Positions 52,159-63,620 are shown, counted from the first letter of the whole stretch. The stretch is DNA of 63,902 nt, filler included, from Neolecta irregularis DAH-3 (GCA_001929475.1; 11 parts of 11 records of this genome joined end to end with filler, not necessarily neighbours in it), one strand, 5' to 3'. Program-made: numbers and translations. The notes: a model not told the origin generated them from the sequence alone.

Positions 52159-53297
52159 GGCGAAGGGAAACTGACTGGCTTATAGGAAGTGTGAGAATGT
52201 TGCGTTGATTGTATACTCGAGAGGACTTTAGTTGTAATTGGGCAACGTAGTTACTTAGGAAAACAACTAAGCTATCTTGATTATAGGTGAATACCCCTCA
52301 GAGCCGGGTGGAGCAAAACTTATATCGTGAATGTACTTTGCCATTTCCCGTTGCAGGGAGTCGCTTCTGGATTATCCACGCCCCCTTGCTGGTTTGGGTC
52401 TACATTTGAGCCGCTTCTGGTTTTCTACGCCCCCTCACAGGATTGGGTCTTATTCTGAATACCACCCTGGGGTGAACAACAATCCATCCACCCCAGGGGG
52501 TCAAGGTGGGGTGGACATTGGGTGTGCCATAGGCTTAACATGACATTGGTAGGATTAATTAGACTTTTAATTACCAAAATAGAATCCCCTCCAGTCACCA
52601 AGAGACTAGCTTGAATGGATTTGGTAGACTTGATGGTACTATAGAAAAGTAAAACATATTTTTATCGGGGTTTCCCTATCTTCTACACGTTAGTATTATG
52701 TTACCCCTGGCCACCTAACACGACGGAATGGTCATTGCTGGCTGAAAGCTTGATGGATCCCTGGGCAAGGCTTTGCATGAATCTCGACGGACAGGGTCAA
52801 TTGAGTTTTAATGCTAAGAGCTGTGACTATTGTTTCGATACTGCGGGCAACCTGCTTAGACATGATGTCTCAATTCATGGTAATCGATTGCAACCTTTTC
52901 CAAGCATAATATGGAAATATGTTACTTAAATCTTATCCGCAATACACAATACTCCCGGAATTGTGTCAGTCCTCTTACGAACATAGGTAGTGTTTGTAGG
53001 TACAAAGGCTGCATGCAAATATCCCGAAATCACATTCAATAGTCACTCTTGGGGAAATGTAGCGGATAAAATAGCCATGAGGAAACGTATAAGATCTCTG
53101 TCATGCCCACCTAATCTATAATCGATGAATTTTCTCGCCATCCTCGCCGGCTTCGCTTTGACGCTCAGTGTTGCACAACCTGCACCTGCAACCCCATNNN
53201 NNNNNNNNNNNNNNNNNNNNNNNNNNNNNNNNNNNNNNNNNTTAATTAATTAANNNNNNNNNNNNNNNNNNNNNNNNNNNNNNNNNNNNNNNNNNNN

Positions 53298-53999
53298 CGC
53301 CTCCCCCGCACTGACCCCCGCCCAGACCCCGCAGACGGCAAAATCGGCATCGACGGCACCATCCAGTACCTCCACGACCTCGGCCTCAATCTCGAAGAAC
53401 CCGCAGCCCTCGTTCTGGCCTGGAAACTCGCCGCCCCCACCACTGGAGAGTTCCACAAGGCAGAGTTTGTCGAGGGATGGCGATCGCTAGAGTATCGCGT
53501 CCTCCCTGCCCGCTATTCACATATGCAGCTGCGATTCCTTCGACGCTATGAAGAACAAAATTCACACGTTCCGCAGATGGATGCTCGAAGATGAAGACGT
53601 CTACCACAAAGTCTATCTCTTCGTCTTCAGCTTCGCAAAAGTGCAGGGCCAAAAGAGTCTGGGTGCTGCCCCCGCTAACTCCCCATTGACGTTCAGGTCT
53701 TGACACGGCTATAGACTACTGGGAACTATTGCTGAGAACCCGGTTTGACCATCTAGACCTCTGGGTCCAGTTTCTCAAGGAAAAGCACGGACGCGCTATC
53801 TCCAAAGACACTTGGAATCAATTGTGGGATTTCATGAAAACTTACGATAAAACATTTCAAGTCTACGATCAAGATGGTAACACGCCAACAGATTGCATTT
53901 GACAGCATAGGTGCATGGCCAGTACTCATCGATGAAGTACAACCCATAATCCAGCTGTGCTAACACCAGTTTGTCGAATATGCTCGAACGAAAAAATGA
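53298..53999 (+). CDS. DCN1: Defective in cullin neddylation protein 1, 5'-truncated
   Basis: IGIDGTIQYLHDLG, LVLAWKL, GQKSL, AIDYWELL, ISKDTWNQ and GAWPVLIDEFVEY motifs. Confidence 0.93.
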
Positions 54000-54157
54000 C
54001 TTGTGTTGCACCTTCTGTACGAAACATGTGGGTTTAGGCGTTCTTCTTGGTCGTCGATGCATATATACAGGTAGCATCTTCAGTTTGTCCAAGATACATT
54101 ACCATTACTCAAATAGCTCTAGAGTTTGATTGTAAAAGTACCATCTCGTCCACCCGT

Positions 54158-54605
54158 CTAATTATGTCTAAAGAATTTCATGCCCATCCAGTTGATGACG
54201 ACCCAAAGCCAGGCAGTCACACCTCCAGAAAGAACAATTAATATAGGGTAATACCCCGGCATTACAAAAATATCATTATCCGTAAGATCAACGCTCTAAA
54301 CTCATTAAATCCATTTTTCCCAATGTCCCCACCGTCGAATTAAACACATCAACATTCTCAAAAGCCCAATCCCACGCTCCGAAAATGCCGCCAGCGCCAA
54401 TGACAAACACCATCCATGTCAAAAACAGCAGTATCCAGCCCCATTTAACAGTCTCGCTGTGGTTCGTGCCAGTGGTCTGCATGCGAACAAAACAAACGGG
54501 CGAAGGAATATCACTACTATCCGATACGATAACCGGAGGCGGAAGTAAAAGCGACAACGGCTTACGGTCTAGACGAGACAATTTCTTCTTCTGACGGTGC
54601 TTCAT
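54158..54605 (-). CDS. PIG-Y/Eri1-like small membrane protein (putative GPI-GlcNAc transferase subunit)
   Basis: WGWILLFLTWMVFVIG; second exon GYYPILIVL..WLWVVINWMGMKFFRHN. Confidence 0.7.
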
Positions 54606-54686
54606 CTGACAAAAGGTCGCTTCGGACGGCGCATTCGCTGTATGTAGTCTGTGGTGGTGTGGCCCGTGAAACAGTGGTTGCCAGCC

Positions 54687-55901
54687 ATGAATACCCCATT
54701 CTCCCTCCACAAAACGCTGCTTTGTGTATTTTTGCATGGATTCAAGGGGGGAGAAGATACTTTTGGTTCTTTTGCAGAGGTAAGACAAAGCGTACCAAAA
54801 TGAGTGGTAATCGAACCAGCGTCTACAAGTTCTACTCGGCAGCTTTTACCCATCCCTCAAAATTGTCGTGAAAGCACCCATTTTTGATACTCGTGGCGAC
54901 TTTCCAGCGACGGTTTTAAAGCTAGGGGAATGGTAACCGTTATATTCCTCCCTCGTTTAACCATAGGCTGCAAACCCAGGTAGTCGACTTGGAAACTGAA
55001 AATGGATCGATAAATCCCACGGTCAATCCCTCCGTTCGGGTTCTCTTTATATGTCACAGTATGGGAGGATTAGTCGCCGCAGACGTGATCCTTTCAATAG
55101 TCGGCGATAAACCCGTAGAGGGAACAGACACAAAAGTGATGTGGCCGCGTATAATCGGGTTAATTTCATTTGATACCCCATATCTCGGCTTAAACCCGCG
55201 TGTATTTGCTTATGGTACCTTGTTCATAGACGACACTGACTGCAGGCGCCATTGACAAGGGCAAGACATTGTATGATTTGGCCACTCGTTATTCAAGTTA
55301 CGTTCCCGCAGGTCTCTTTTCAGCAAAAGCGGCTCAACCCAGCAAGTCGGCCAGCATGTCAACCAGCAAGTCGGCCAGCATTTCAACCAGCAAGTCGGCC
55401 AGCATGTCAACCAGCAAGTCGGCCAGCATGTCAACCGGCAAGTCGGCCAGCAAGTCGAAATGGGGCACATATCTCGCCGGTGCAGGAGTTGCCGCGCTGA
55501 CCGCCGGCGTGGGCGCCGTAGCATATACACGTCGCGAAGATATCAGCGGAGGTCTAGCCTGGGTAAACTCGCACCTAGAATTTGTAGGAATTCTGTGGAA
55601 AGGACAAGACCTAGCCGACCGAATGAAAAACCTTGTCCAACTAGCCAATATTGAATTCTGCTGTTTTTACACAGTATTACCCGGCACCACTGCAACCGGC
55701 GAACGAACATTTGTCAATCTTCCTAAAGAAGGAAAAGTACTTGCGTACTACACTGAACAAAAGAATTCTGTCGCAAAGGACGAAGTAGAAGCCCACTGTA
55801 CCATGTTTCTCCCCGAAAAGAATCCAGGATACTATATAATGGGCGAACAAGCCTGTAGCAAAATAAGAGAGTGGATTCACCCATGGGTGGATTCATATTA
55901 A
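54687..55901 (+). CDS. DUF676-like alpha/beta hydrolase
   Basis: VFLHGFKG, nucleophile elbow CHSMGG, FDTPYLG, SHLEFVG and DEVEAHCTMF motifs. Confidence 0.82.
55341..55457 (+). repeat. In-frame 24-bp coding minisatellite (SKSASMST) x4-5
   Basis: AGCAAGTCGGCCAGCATGTCAACC repeated. Confidence 0.92.
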
Positions 55902-56109
55902 TCCATACTTCAATTTCGTACCCATACATGAATTCAAACTAGCTAGGTTACCATGCAACATATATAAAAGATTTCAGAATGTACAAGATCGTCTAGACCC
56001 ACTGGACCGGTCTATGGTCTGTTTAGACGGACCAGACCAAGGCATCCAGTGGTCCAGGCCGACCAGACCAAGGGTCTTGGTCGGTCTGGTCCGATCTTTG
56101 CTGTTTACA

Positions 56110-56284
56110 GTAATGATATACTCGGAGTATATATTACCAATGCAGTGGGTCGTGTAGAATGACACAAGGTCAATTAGATCTAACCTATCTTATCTTAGAT
56201 TGGTTTGTCTAAGCTCCAAGGTCCATTTATCTTAGATTAGGAATATAACCTATTCTTATTTGTAACCGAGCTTCAACACTTACA
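56110..56284 (+). mobile_element. Solo LTR (family A), degenerate
   Basis: 5' hairpin; CTATTCTTATTTGTAACC; ends CACTTACA. Confidence 0.6.
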
Positions 56285-57556
56285 TTGCAATTTACAAACA
56301 ATAAAAAGAAGGTACACAGTAGCTATCAAAAATCTTCAACTTGGAGCAGATCCAGTCAGCTTCGCTCACCAAGTGTGATACCAACATCATGAAAGTTATA
56401 TTTGCCTTTGGTTTTCTCTATTCCTCCAGGTGCCTCAGATTCATTTCCCCCAATAACATTCCATATCATCGCAAGATAGGCATGTTGAAAAAAAGGGTTC
56501 TTGGAAATTTTCCAGTTATTGGGGTGAATGCCATATAACAACCCGTTGAGATAAACTTGAATAGCAAAGTCGGGATTTTCTTCAAATCCGTACGTTCCAG
56601 GATATATTGAGCGAAAGTGAAACTCTGTATTGCTCATATTATCAGAGAGTCGAGATATTTGATCCTTTTCCTTTGACGAAAATTCGAAGCCGACAGAAAA
56701 AACAATGGTAAAACAATTCCACTCTGTTCTGTAATCGAATAAAATATAAGGTTTCTGGAGTGGTTCATAAAGCTTATATCGGGCATCCCACAGATTTTCG
56801 TCAATGTCTTTACTACCTTGGTCGCATTCCTTGAGGTTGCCTCGTGCTTTTCCAAGCTTAAAAGTCGCAAGGATCTAAAAGCCCATGGCCCGTCCCCAAC
56901 ACTGTGTTAAACATGTTGAAATTGAATGAAAAACTCTTGTAGGATCTCTAGCCATGTATTCTGGATTCTGTATACTTTAATTGGTCTGATAATAAAGGAT
57001 ATAACTTGTGGATTTCACTGGATAAGTTTTGTAACCTATTTATTCTCAAATACTCTAGTGTTGCAGTTTTAATTCAAGCTGCTATTCCTCAAGTTTGTGC
57101 ATGAGATGGAGGATGTCATTGCATATCCAGCTCAAGGATCTATTGAACAAGGAATTTTTCTTGTGTTGGTCTTAATTTATGTTTATTTTCGTGGCTGGTG
57201 TGGTGATTTGTGAGACGTTGGATGCACCAACAAAAGTGGAACACTGGATTTCATATACAGCTGCGGCTGCTTTTTTAGAATTAAATCTTGCATTTTCTAA
57301 ATCATCCAATTGTACCATTTGCTCATTAGTCTCCATTTTTAATCGCTGGTGTTGGAGAAATTTAGGCTTTGGGAATTTATATTTTTTTCGGCAAGGTGTT
57401 AGAAGGAGGGGGGTGTCGCATCCTACGCCGCCGAGCTTACTCAAAAATGATTTCCCAATTTGAACAATTTCTCAGAGAAGAGCGCCATTTTCTAAGGAAT
57501 GCTAGTTCGCTATAAAAATACAAACTTAGTTCATATCTATTCTTTGGCATAGTCCG

Positions 57557-57744
57557 TGTAAGCTATGCGCTTAGAAGTACAATAAGACCAAGTGTTATAG
57601 CTAGCCTAAGTATTCGTACTTCTTACAAAGGGACATACCTAGCCTAAGTATTCGTACTTGGCTAGGAATATCTAACTTTCGAATTTATATAGTTCCCACA
57701 TCTTGCCGTATTAGTAAGATATACCCTTTGGGTATATCCTTACA
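57557..57744 (-). mobile_element. Solo LTR (family A)
   Basis: TGTAAG...CTTACA ends; GTACAATAAGAC motif; internal duplication of CTAGCCTAAGTATTCGTACTT. Confidence 0.7.
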
Positions 57745-57786
57745 GAATTCTTCTATATGGAATATAAAGTTTTATATAACAATCGA

Positions 57787-58810
57787 CTAGAGGTGTTGAA
57801 ATGCCGGATCTAGAAATAAATACAGTTTCCATAATTCAATTTCCAACAAAGAGGCAACCAAAGGCTGAAAAGATGCCCGTTCAATTGCATTTTTCCAAGT
57901 CACTCGTAATTTCGAATCCAAAGGTTGACAAGATTCGCGGTGAGGCAAGAGAATTTGAAGAGGACGCAAATATACGAATCCGATTTGTGTTCTGAGATGG
58001 GTATTTGCAAGGATACTATTCTCCGCGAGTAAATTGACTAGAATGCACAAGATCGCATCGACTAGATGTACCGGCGTCGATTTTGAAAGGAGGGAAGAAG
58101 ATATTGATAATGAGAAATGAGTCGCAAGATGGATTTGCAAATGATTTAATTCTTCAATATTAAATTGATTCGATAAAAGTTGAATCATATGTGTATAGAA
58201 TTCAAACAGGGCCGAAAGAACATGTTTTTCCTCCTCGTCTTTGATGAAATGGAAATCAAGCGACGAGAATAAATCCCGAGTTACTTTATCAAATAGATTG
58301 GAAAGTAGAGAGTCTGATGAATTGGCGTCTAGATATAAAGATATTTGAGTCGAAGTGTCTCTTGTGATATGACGTATCACTGTAACCACTTGAGATACAC
58401 TGGACGCAAGGCGTAGAGCGCCGACAGATGGTACAAGTCGCTGATACTCTTCATGCGAAATCGCGATAACCGGGGGTTCAGAAGGGGAGACAGTACTAAC
58501 TGAACTCGGGGGTGTTAAATCTTCATTAGGGTTCATTTCAGGGACTTTAACAATTGCATTTTCAAGTTCTTTAACGCGAGTTTCAAGGGCGGACACAGTC
58601 TTGTCCAGGGCGGTGAATTTGTCTCTCCAGAAACTAGGATTATATGCTTTGCGCAATGATTGTATGTAATCTGTAGTTTAGCTTGACAAGATGCAGTAGA
58701 GACCTGGGATAAGAAGATCTTTTGGTTTATGCTTAATGAGGACGAGAGCCTGATCTGTTACCTTTGTTTACAGCGAATAATACAAGAGCCAGACGACGGA
58801 TTTCAGACAT
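57787..58810 (-). CDS. rec24: Meiotic double-strand-break factor Rec24/Mei4-like
   Basis: Splicing introns 58750-58783 and 58671-58703 gives MSEIRRLALALVLIKHKPKDLLIPDYIQSLRK...FWRDKFTALDKTVSALE, which matches the Mei4 N-terminal signature LALA..I+.KP....+Y...L plus a W-led coiled coil. Confidence 0.7.
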
Positions 58811-58890
58811 GGAGGTTGAACCCTTCCATAGATTCTACTATTCTTTCATAAATACATTATGCAATCACCAATCACCTCTTCTAATAACAA

Positions 58891-59895
58891 TCATCTACTC
58901 TGCAAAAGCCGTCCATCTGAATCTCGATGCGACCCCAAAAACAATAGCAAATACTTCAAATTAGGTAAAGTATGTCTCAAATCTGCAATTCGTAATGTAG
59001 ATGCGGATAACAACTACAAGTCAATCAAACGTGTAAAGCAATAGAATTTTCCTGTTCGATATTCTTGTTTAATAAGTACACTGCATATTCGAATCTCTGC
59101 TGATCTACATGTTTTTCAAAGAGCGGGAATCTGGGGAATAAGTTTGTAGAAGGAAAAAGGGATCTACGTTCGCTTGGTTGTCATTATAGTTATTGGATCT
59201 TGGATACTGGCATGACCAGAGAGTGGATGAATAGGGTATCTCAATGGAACCTCTAGGTAAAAAGCCAATAAATAAACGAGATGGGCGGTAAAGCCGAGAG
59301 CTGCAGCAACTATTTCTGTATCGTGATCGATGAAAACTGAATTCGGGAGAAAGAGGCCACGGATTTTGAAATGGAGAGGAGAATGTGGGATCTATATGTA
59401 AGAGGGAAACCGAGGGAATGTACTGGATCGATGGGGTAAATGTCTGAGAGGAGATGTACGATTCTCTTGCGTTCGTGGATTAGTATAGTTGAGATTTGAG
59501 ATTTTGTTTTTTTCCTGTCAGATAGGGTGTGGCGAGCCTGGGTGAGATGGTCTAGAGTGGAGAGTTGGATACGGGAGTCGTGGGCCATTGCGTCTCGCTC
59601 GCGGGCGATGGAAGCACGGAGAAGCTGGATGTCTGATTTGCGGGATTGTATCTGTTGTTTTTGGCGGGCGATGGCAGTGTGCAGCGAGGCTAATCGGGCG
59701 CGACGGTGGGAGATGCGGCGGTCGTAGACGAGAGCATGGGAAGAGTCGCGGAGAAGGGCGGCGATGGAGTCTGTGAGCGAGGCGGTAGCTGAGAAGGAGT
59801 CTGCCAGGCATTCAGAGAGGGCGTTGAAGCGGAGCAGTGAGTGGTAGGACGAGGATTTGCGGATCTGAGGGTAAACGGCCAGGGCTGCTTGGAAG
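58891..59895 (-). CDS. UVRAG/Vps38 (Atg14-family) PI3K complex subunit; start codon not found
   Basis: Coiled coil, IYPIDP, IRGLFLPN, AAALGFTAHLV, YLEVPLRYPI, FPLF, RFEYAVYLLNKNIEQ and DLRHTLPNLKYLL motifs. Confidence 0.85.
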
Positions 59896-60095
59896 GAGGA
59901 GTGGGATTGGAGTGTGATTAGATTGGGGAGTGGGATGGAGTGGGGTTAGATTAGGGAGTGGGATTGGATTAGATTCTACTCTACTACTCCACTCTACTAC
60001 ACCACTACTCCACTCTACTACTCCACTACTCCACTCTACTACTCCACTCTACTACCCCACTACTCCACTACTCTACTCTACTCTACTACTCTACC
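59895..60095. repeat. Bipartite low-complexity repeat: (GGAGTGGGATT)-like then (CTACTACTCCACT)-like
   Basis: Visible directly; base composition flips at about 59975. Confidence 0.9.
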
Positions 60096-60098
60096 CTA

Positions 60099-60509
60099 AT
60101 GAAACCACTCCAAACACTCCATCTCTACCGGCATCTGCAGACTCAGCAGATTATCGTGTCCCTGCGCCTGCCGCTGCCCTCGCCGCGCCCATCCGCCGGC
60201 ACGCCCCTGCGCAAAGATCACTGGCTACCCCTTGTCCACGCCCGCTTCTCCTCCCCAGACCCCGCCCGCGCCGTCTACGACATCCTCGCCCTCTACCGCG
60301 CCCGCCGCTCAAAATCGCTGAAAACACTCCCGCACTGCTCCATCCCGCACACCGTCGCAGACCTCGCAGACGCCCTGCACATCGTCACTGCCCCCGTCGA
60401 TCTCCTCTGGGCCTCTCCCGACGACAAGCTCTATGCCCGCTCATGGCCCAAAAACGCTCGCCATCTCCCCCGTACACTCGCCCTAACAAGGGGATTCAGA
60501 CTCGTATAG
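60099..60509 (+). CDS. MHR1: Mitochondrial ribosomal protein mL67/Mhr1
   Basis: LYRHLQTQQIIVS, LRKDHWLPL, TVADLADAL and W..PDDKLYARSWPKNARH motifs. Confidence 0.8.
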   Translation: MKPLQTLHLYRHLQTQQIIVSLRLPLPSPRPSAGTPLRKDHWLPLVHARFSSPDPARAVYDILALYRARRSKSLKTLPHCSIPHTVADLADALHIVTAPVDLLWASPDDKLYARSWPKNARHLPRTLALTRGFRLV

Positions 60510-60521
60510 ACTTGTATTATA

Positions 60522-61201
60522 TCATTGGCCTTGTATTCTTTCCACATTCTCCCGCAAAAGATTCTCCAGCCCCGCAAAGCAGTTTCGCAGCACCCGCAAA
60601 TGGTACCGCAGTCGCCATTCCCTTTGCTCCTCCACCTCGCCCAGCACTCTCCCCCAGTCTCCTCCTCCTAGCTTCTCATAAAGTTCCCCCTTTTGAACAT
60701 AATACTTGATCGTCTCTTCGTGATACCGGTGTTGCAATGCTTGCGCACTAGTCAGCTGAGAAAGTAAGTCTGTGCTCAGCATTAATCCTCCCATTTATAT
60801 ACCCTCAACCAACTCGCATCCCTCCGCACTGGCACAACTCCCTCAGCTTCCAAAAATTGCCTGGTTGCATACCTTGATCCCCGCATATTCAGCCATAACT
60901 TGAGATCGCAGCTCAAATCCGTGAGACTCTGATACTCCAATTTTACAAACCGCCCCAAATCCTCAGCCCAAATACTCTTTTTCCCTTCTTCCAACTTTCT
61001 CTTTTTCTCACTGGGTATAGATTCACTTTTCGCTTCTACACCCCCACAATCGTCATATTCTCGAACCATCATATACAGCAACTGTGCTTTCTTTGGTAAA
61101 ACATCTCGAATAATATTCATTGCATATTCCACATGGTCCAATTGCAGCTTTCGTATACCTAAGGGAATACCAGCCCCTGCCCTCCTTCGAGAAAACATCA
61201 T
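60522..61201 (-). CDS. Divergent proteasome activator PA28/REG (11S)-like protein; start uncertain
   Basis: VKLEYQSLTDLSCDLKLWL and IKYYVQKGELYEK..DWGRVLGEVEEQREWRLRYHLRVLRNCFAGLENLLRENVERI follow the PA28 helix 2-4 pattern; predicted introns 60829-60872 and 60770-60802. Confidence 0.7.
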
Positions 61202-62205
61202 TGTAGTCGTTGTGGTATTAGAACGTAATGACACTAGTTTTAGACGTATTTCTTATATAAGCACACATCATTCAGTACAAACAAATCATTCATCAGATTT
61301 GATTCGATAATCCGGGTAGAAATACTCATACAAATAACAATATTCAGTGGCTGTGCGGCAGGATGTTCACTTACCATGGGATGAATATCTTGTTAAAGTA
61401 TCAAAAAACCGGAAATATTTTTATTCCTAGCAATAAATATTGGAAAATGTGATATCAACTACGAGATTCCTTGACTTTTGTATAGTCTGGGGATTGATGG
61501 CTACTTTGTTTGTCACCGTAGAAAAGCCATGACCAACCCTAGTTTGCCCGCCGGGCAACGTTTAAATCAGTAAAAGTAAGAAGATAAAAAAAGGAATACA
61601 TCAATGCCTAAGCTTCCATAACTACCTAAGATGATTCCCCAGTGCCCCACATACTCCCGATAGCAAGGATACTCTATGAAACGAGATTACCAAAATGATG
61701 AAGCTTCCAACCAGTACGATAGGCTAGTGATATGCAGGGGCAAGGAGGCAAGGTTTGAGGTGGGGTTGAGGATAAACATTCCATATTGAGGATAAGTGAG
61801 CGAACAGAAAACGGACCCGATAGGTTATAGATGATTATTCCGAATGAGAGTGGATAATTGAAAAGGGATTAAAGGGTGTTATAGTATGACTGACCGTTTT
61901 TGGTGAGGATGAGAAAAGGAAGGTGGTTTTGTGTAAATTGATTATAAACATAGTTACCTTCACTCAAAGTAGCCTGCCTCACTATCAACGTACAAACGTA
62001 AGGCGACGAAAGGAAAACCTGAAGGGTCACAAAAACCACTCTCAACATACATGCAAAATGTAAGTCCCATTAGCTATTCAGAGAATCACTTGCAGGAACT
62101 GTAACAATCTTGATGTCTCGAAAATGGTTTCCCTCGCGAATTTTCGATAATAGAAATTGAGCTTTAGTAGGACTCAAGTTCTTCTCATATACTTCAGAGA
62201 GTACT

Positions 62206-62271
62206 TGTAAGTGATCGCCGGAAGTACAATAAGACTCGGTTTTATATCTAACCTAAGTGCGGGAACTTCTA
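62206..62271 (-). mobile_element. End of a family A LTR, cut by the contig end
   Basis: TGTAAGTG...GTACAATAAGACTCGGTT. Confidence 0.6.
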
Positions 62272-62435
62272 NNNNNNNNNNNNNNNNNNNNNNNNNNNNN
62301 NNNNNNNNNNNNNNNTTAATTAATTAANNNNNNNNNNNNNNNNNNNNNNNNNNNNNNNNNNNNNNNNNNNNGGTTGGTGGTGACTGTGGCGACCCGGGGA
62401 TTCGCGATCGTATGGGGACGTTCGAAGTCCCCACA

Positions 62436-62748
62436 GTTATCAATCCATAATTCTTTCACAGACTCGTAGCTATTAGCAACAACGACTCTTTTCATCCCCA
62501 GTCGCATTTGGAAAACAGGGCCAAGCCTCTTTTCCGTAGCCCAGATTTGGAGAGCGGATGCCGGGTCGCCTCTTAGCTGACGAAGATTACCGATGACTGG
62601 CCATCCATGAACTTCTGGAAGCCCTTTAATCTTTGGAATTTCTGTTCTATCGAGGATTTTCATCAAAATATAGAGTATCGCAGCTGTGATGAGCTTCAAT
62701 GAACGATGATAAAGTACCAGCGATAGCTATGTTGTCTACGGCAATCAT
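62436..62748 (-). pseudogene. 5' part of a second CYP504-like P450, interrupted after WIDN
   Basis: IPKIKGLPEVHGWPVIGNL...LGPVFQMRLG.KRVVVANSYESVKELWIDN aligns with 33910-34215 and shares its first intron position; homology stops abruptly at 62436. Confidence 0.75.
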
Positions 62749-63620
62749 GTTTCAACGACAATCTAGATTATAGAACAGACAGTACTATATATCTATCTAT
62801 CAAATAGCTACGTAACTTGTCGGACTAACCTACTAGGTCAGCGACTGGGGTTTCTGCGTATCGTGATTTGGAGAAGGCAAGCTGTTTCTGGTGAATTCTT
62901 TCAGGGTAGCAGTCTCAAGAAAACAGGATTGGTTAGGTTTTGAACAAGGCTTGGTATTACACAATCACGGGTACACTGATTGTTAAAATTTATCTCTGCG
63001 TGATTCCCGGAAAAACGATAACGGAGATAGGATATCATCTGAGACGGGGCGATGTGGCAAAAAAACAATTATCTCGGATAAGGATGATTCCGATAGCCAC
63101 CAGACTGAAATCTTTGTGGGAACAAGAAAGCATTGTTTCCTAATCGTCGGCAGGTTCTGAGAGTATGGATTTCACATGACATGTCTCTTTTGTTTCATGT
63201 TTGCGTTCGTTTATTAGTTGCAGATCATATCTTAGAGAATGTGAAAATGTAACAACCATACAATATTCACTAAATAACCGAAATTGCGAATATGAAATGA
63301 TTTCTATCTGGCCATTTCATTCGGCGGTGAAGTATGCTAAACATACGAAGTTCACGTCGAATCAACCCGATCAGCGTGTCACGTGGTATGCGACTAATCT
63401 TTAACTTTGGGAAAATTGCAATCAATTCACAGAATCAATCAACCTTTTCAATATATTGATTGAATTGATTGAAAATTTTGCTTACTTGCTTATAAACAAG
63501 TAAGCAAGCAAGTCTGGTTCAGGCCTGCGCCGCATCCGCCATTCAGCGTCGAATCTGACCGCACTCCTCCCACTGGCATGCTATGCCAGCACTACGATGA
63601 AAATATTGGCTGCGAAGTAA

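Noticed and set aside
56356-57463. Short ORFs as genes
   Set aside because: Broken frames among repeat remnants with no identifiable family.
59930-60709. 259-aa ORF with LHSTTPL repeats
   Set aside because: A translation of simple repeat plus an alternate frame of MHR1.
1150-62371. Recurring TTAATTAATTAA palindrome as a biological repeat
   Set aside because: Always centred in a 100-nt N spacer; it is an assembly linker.
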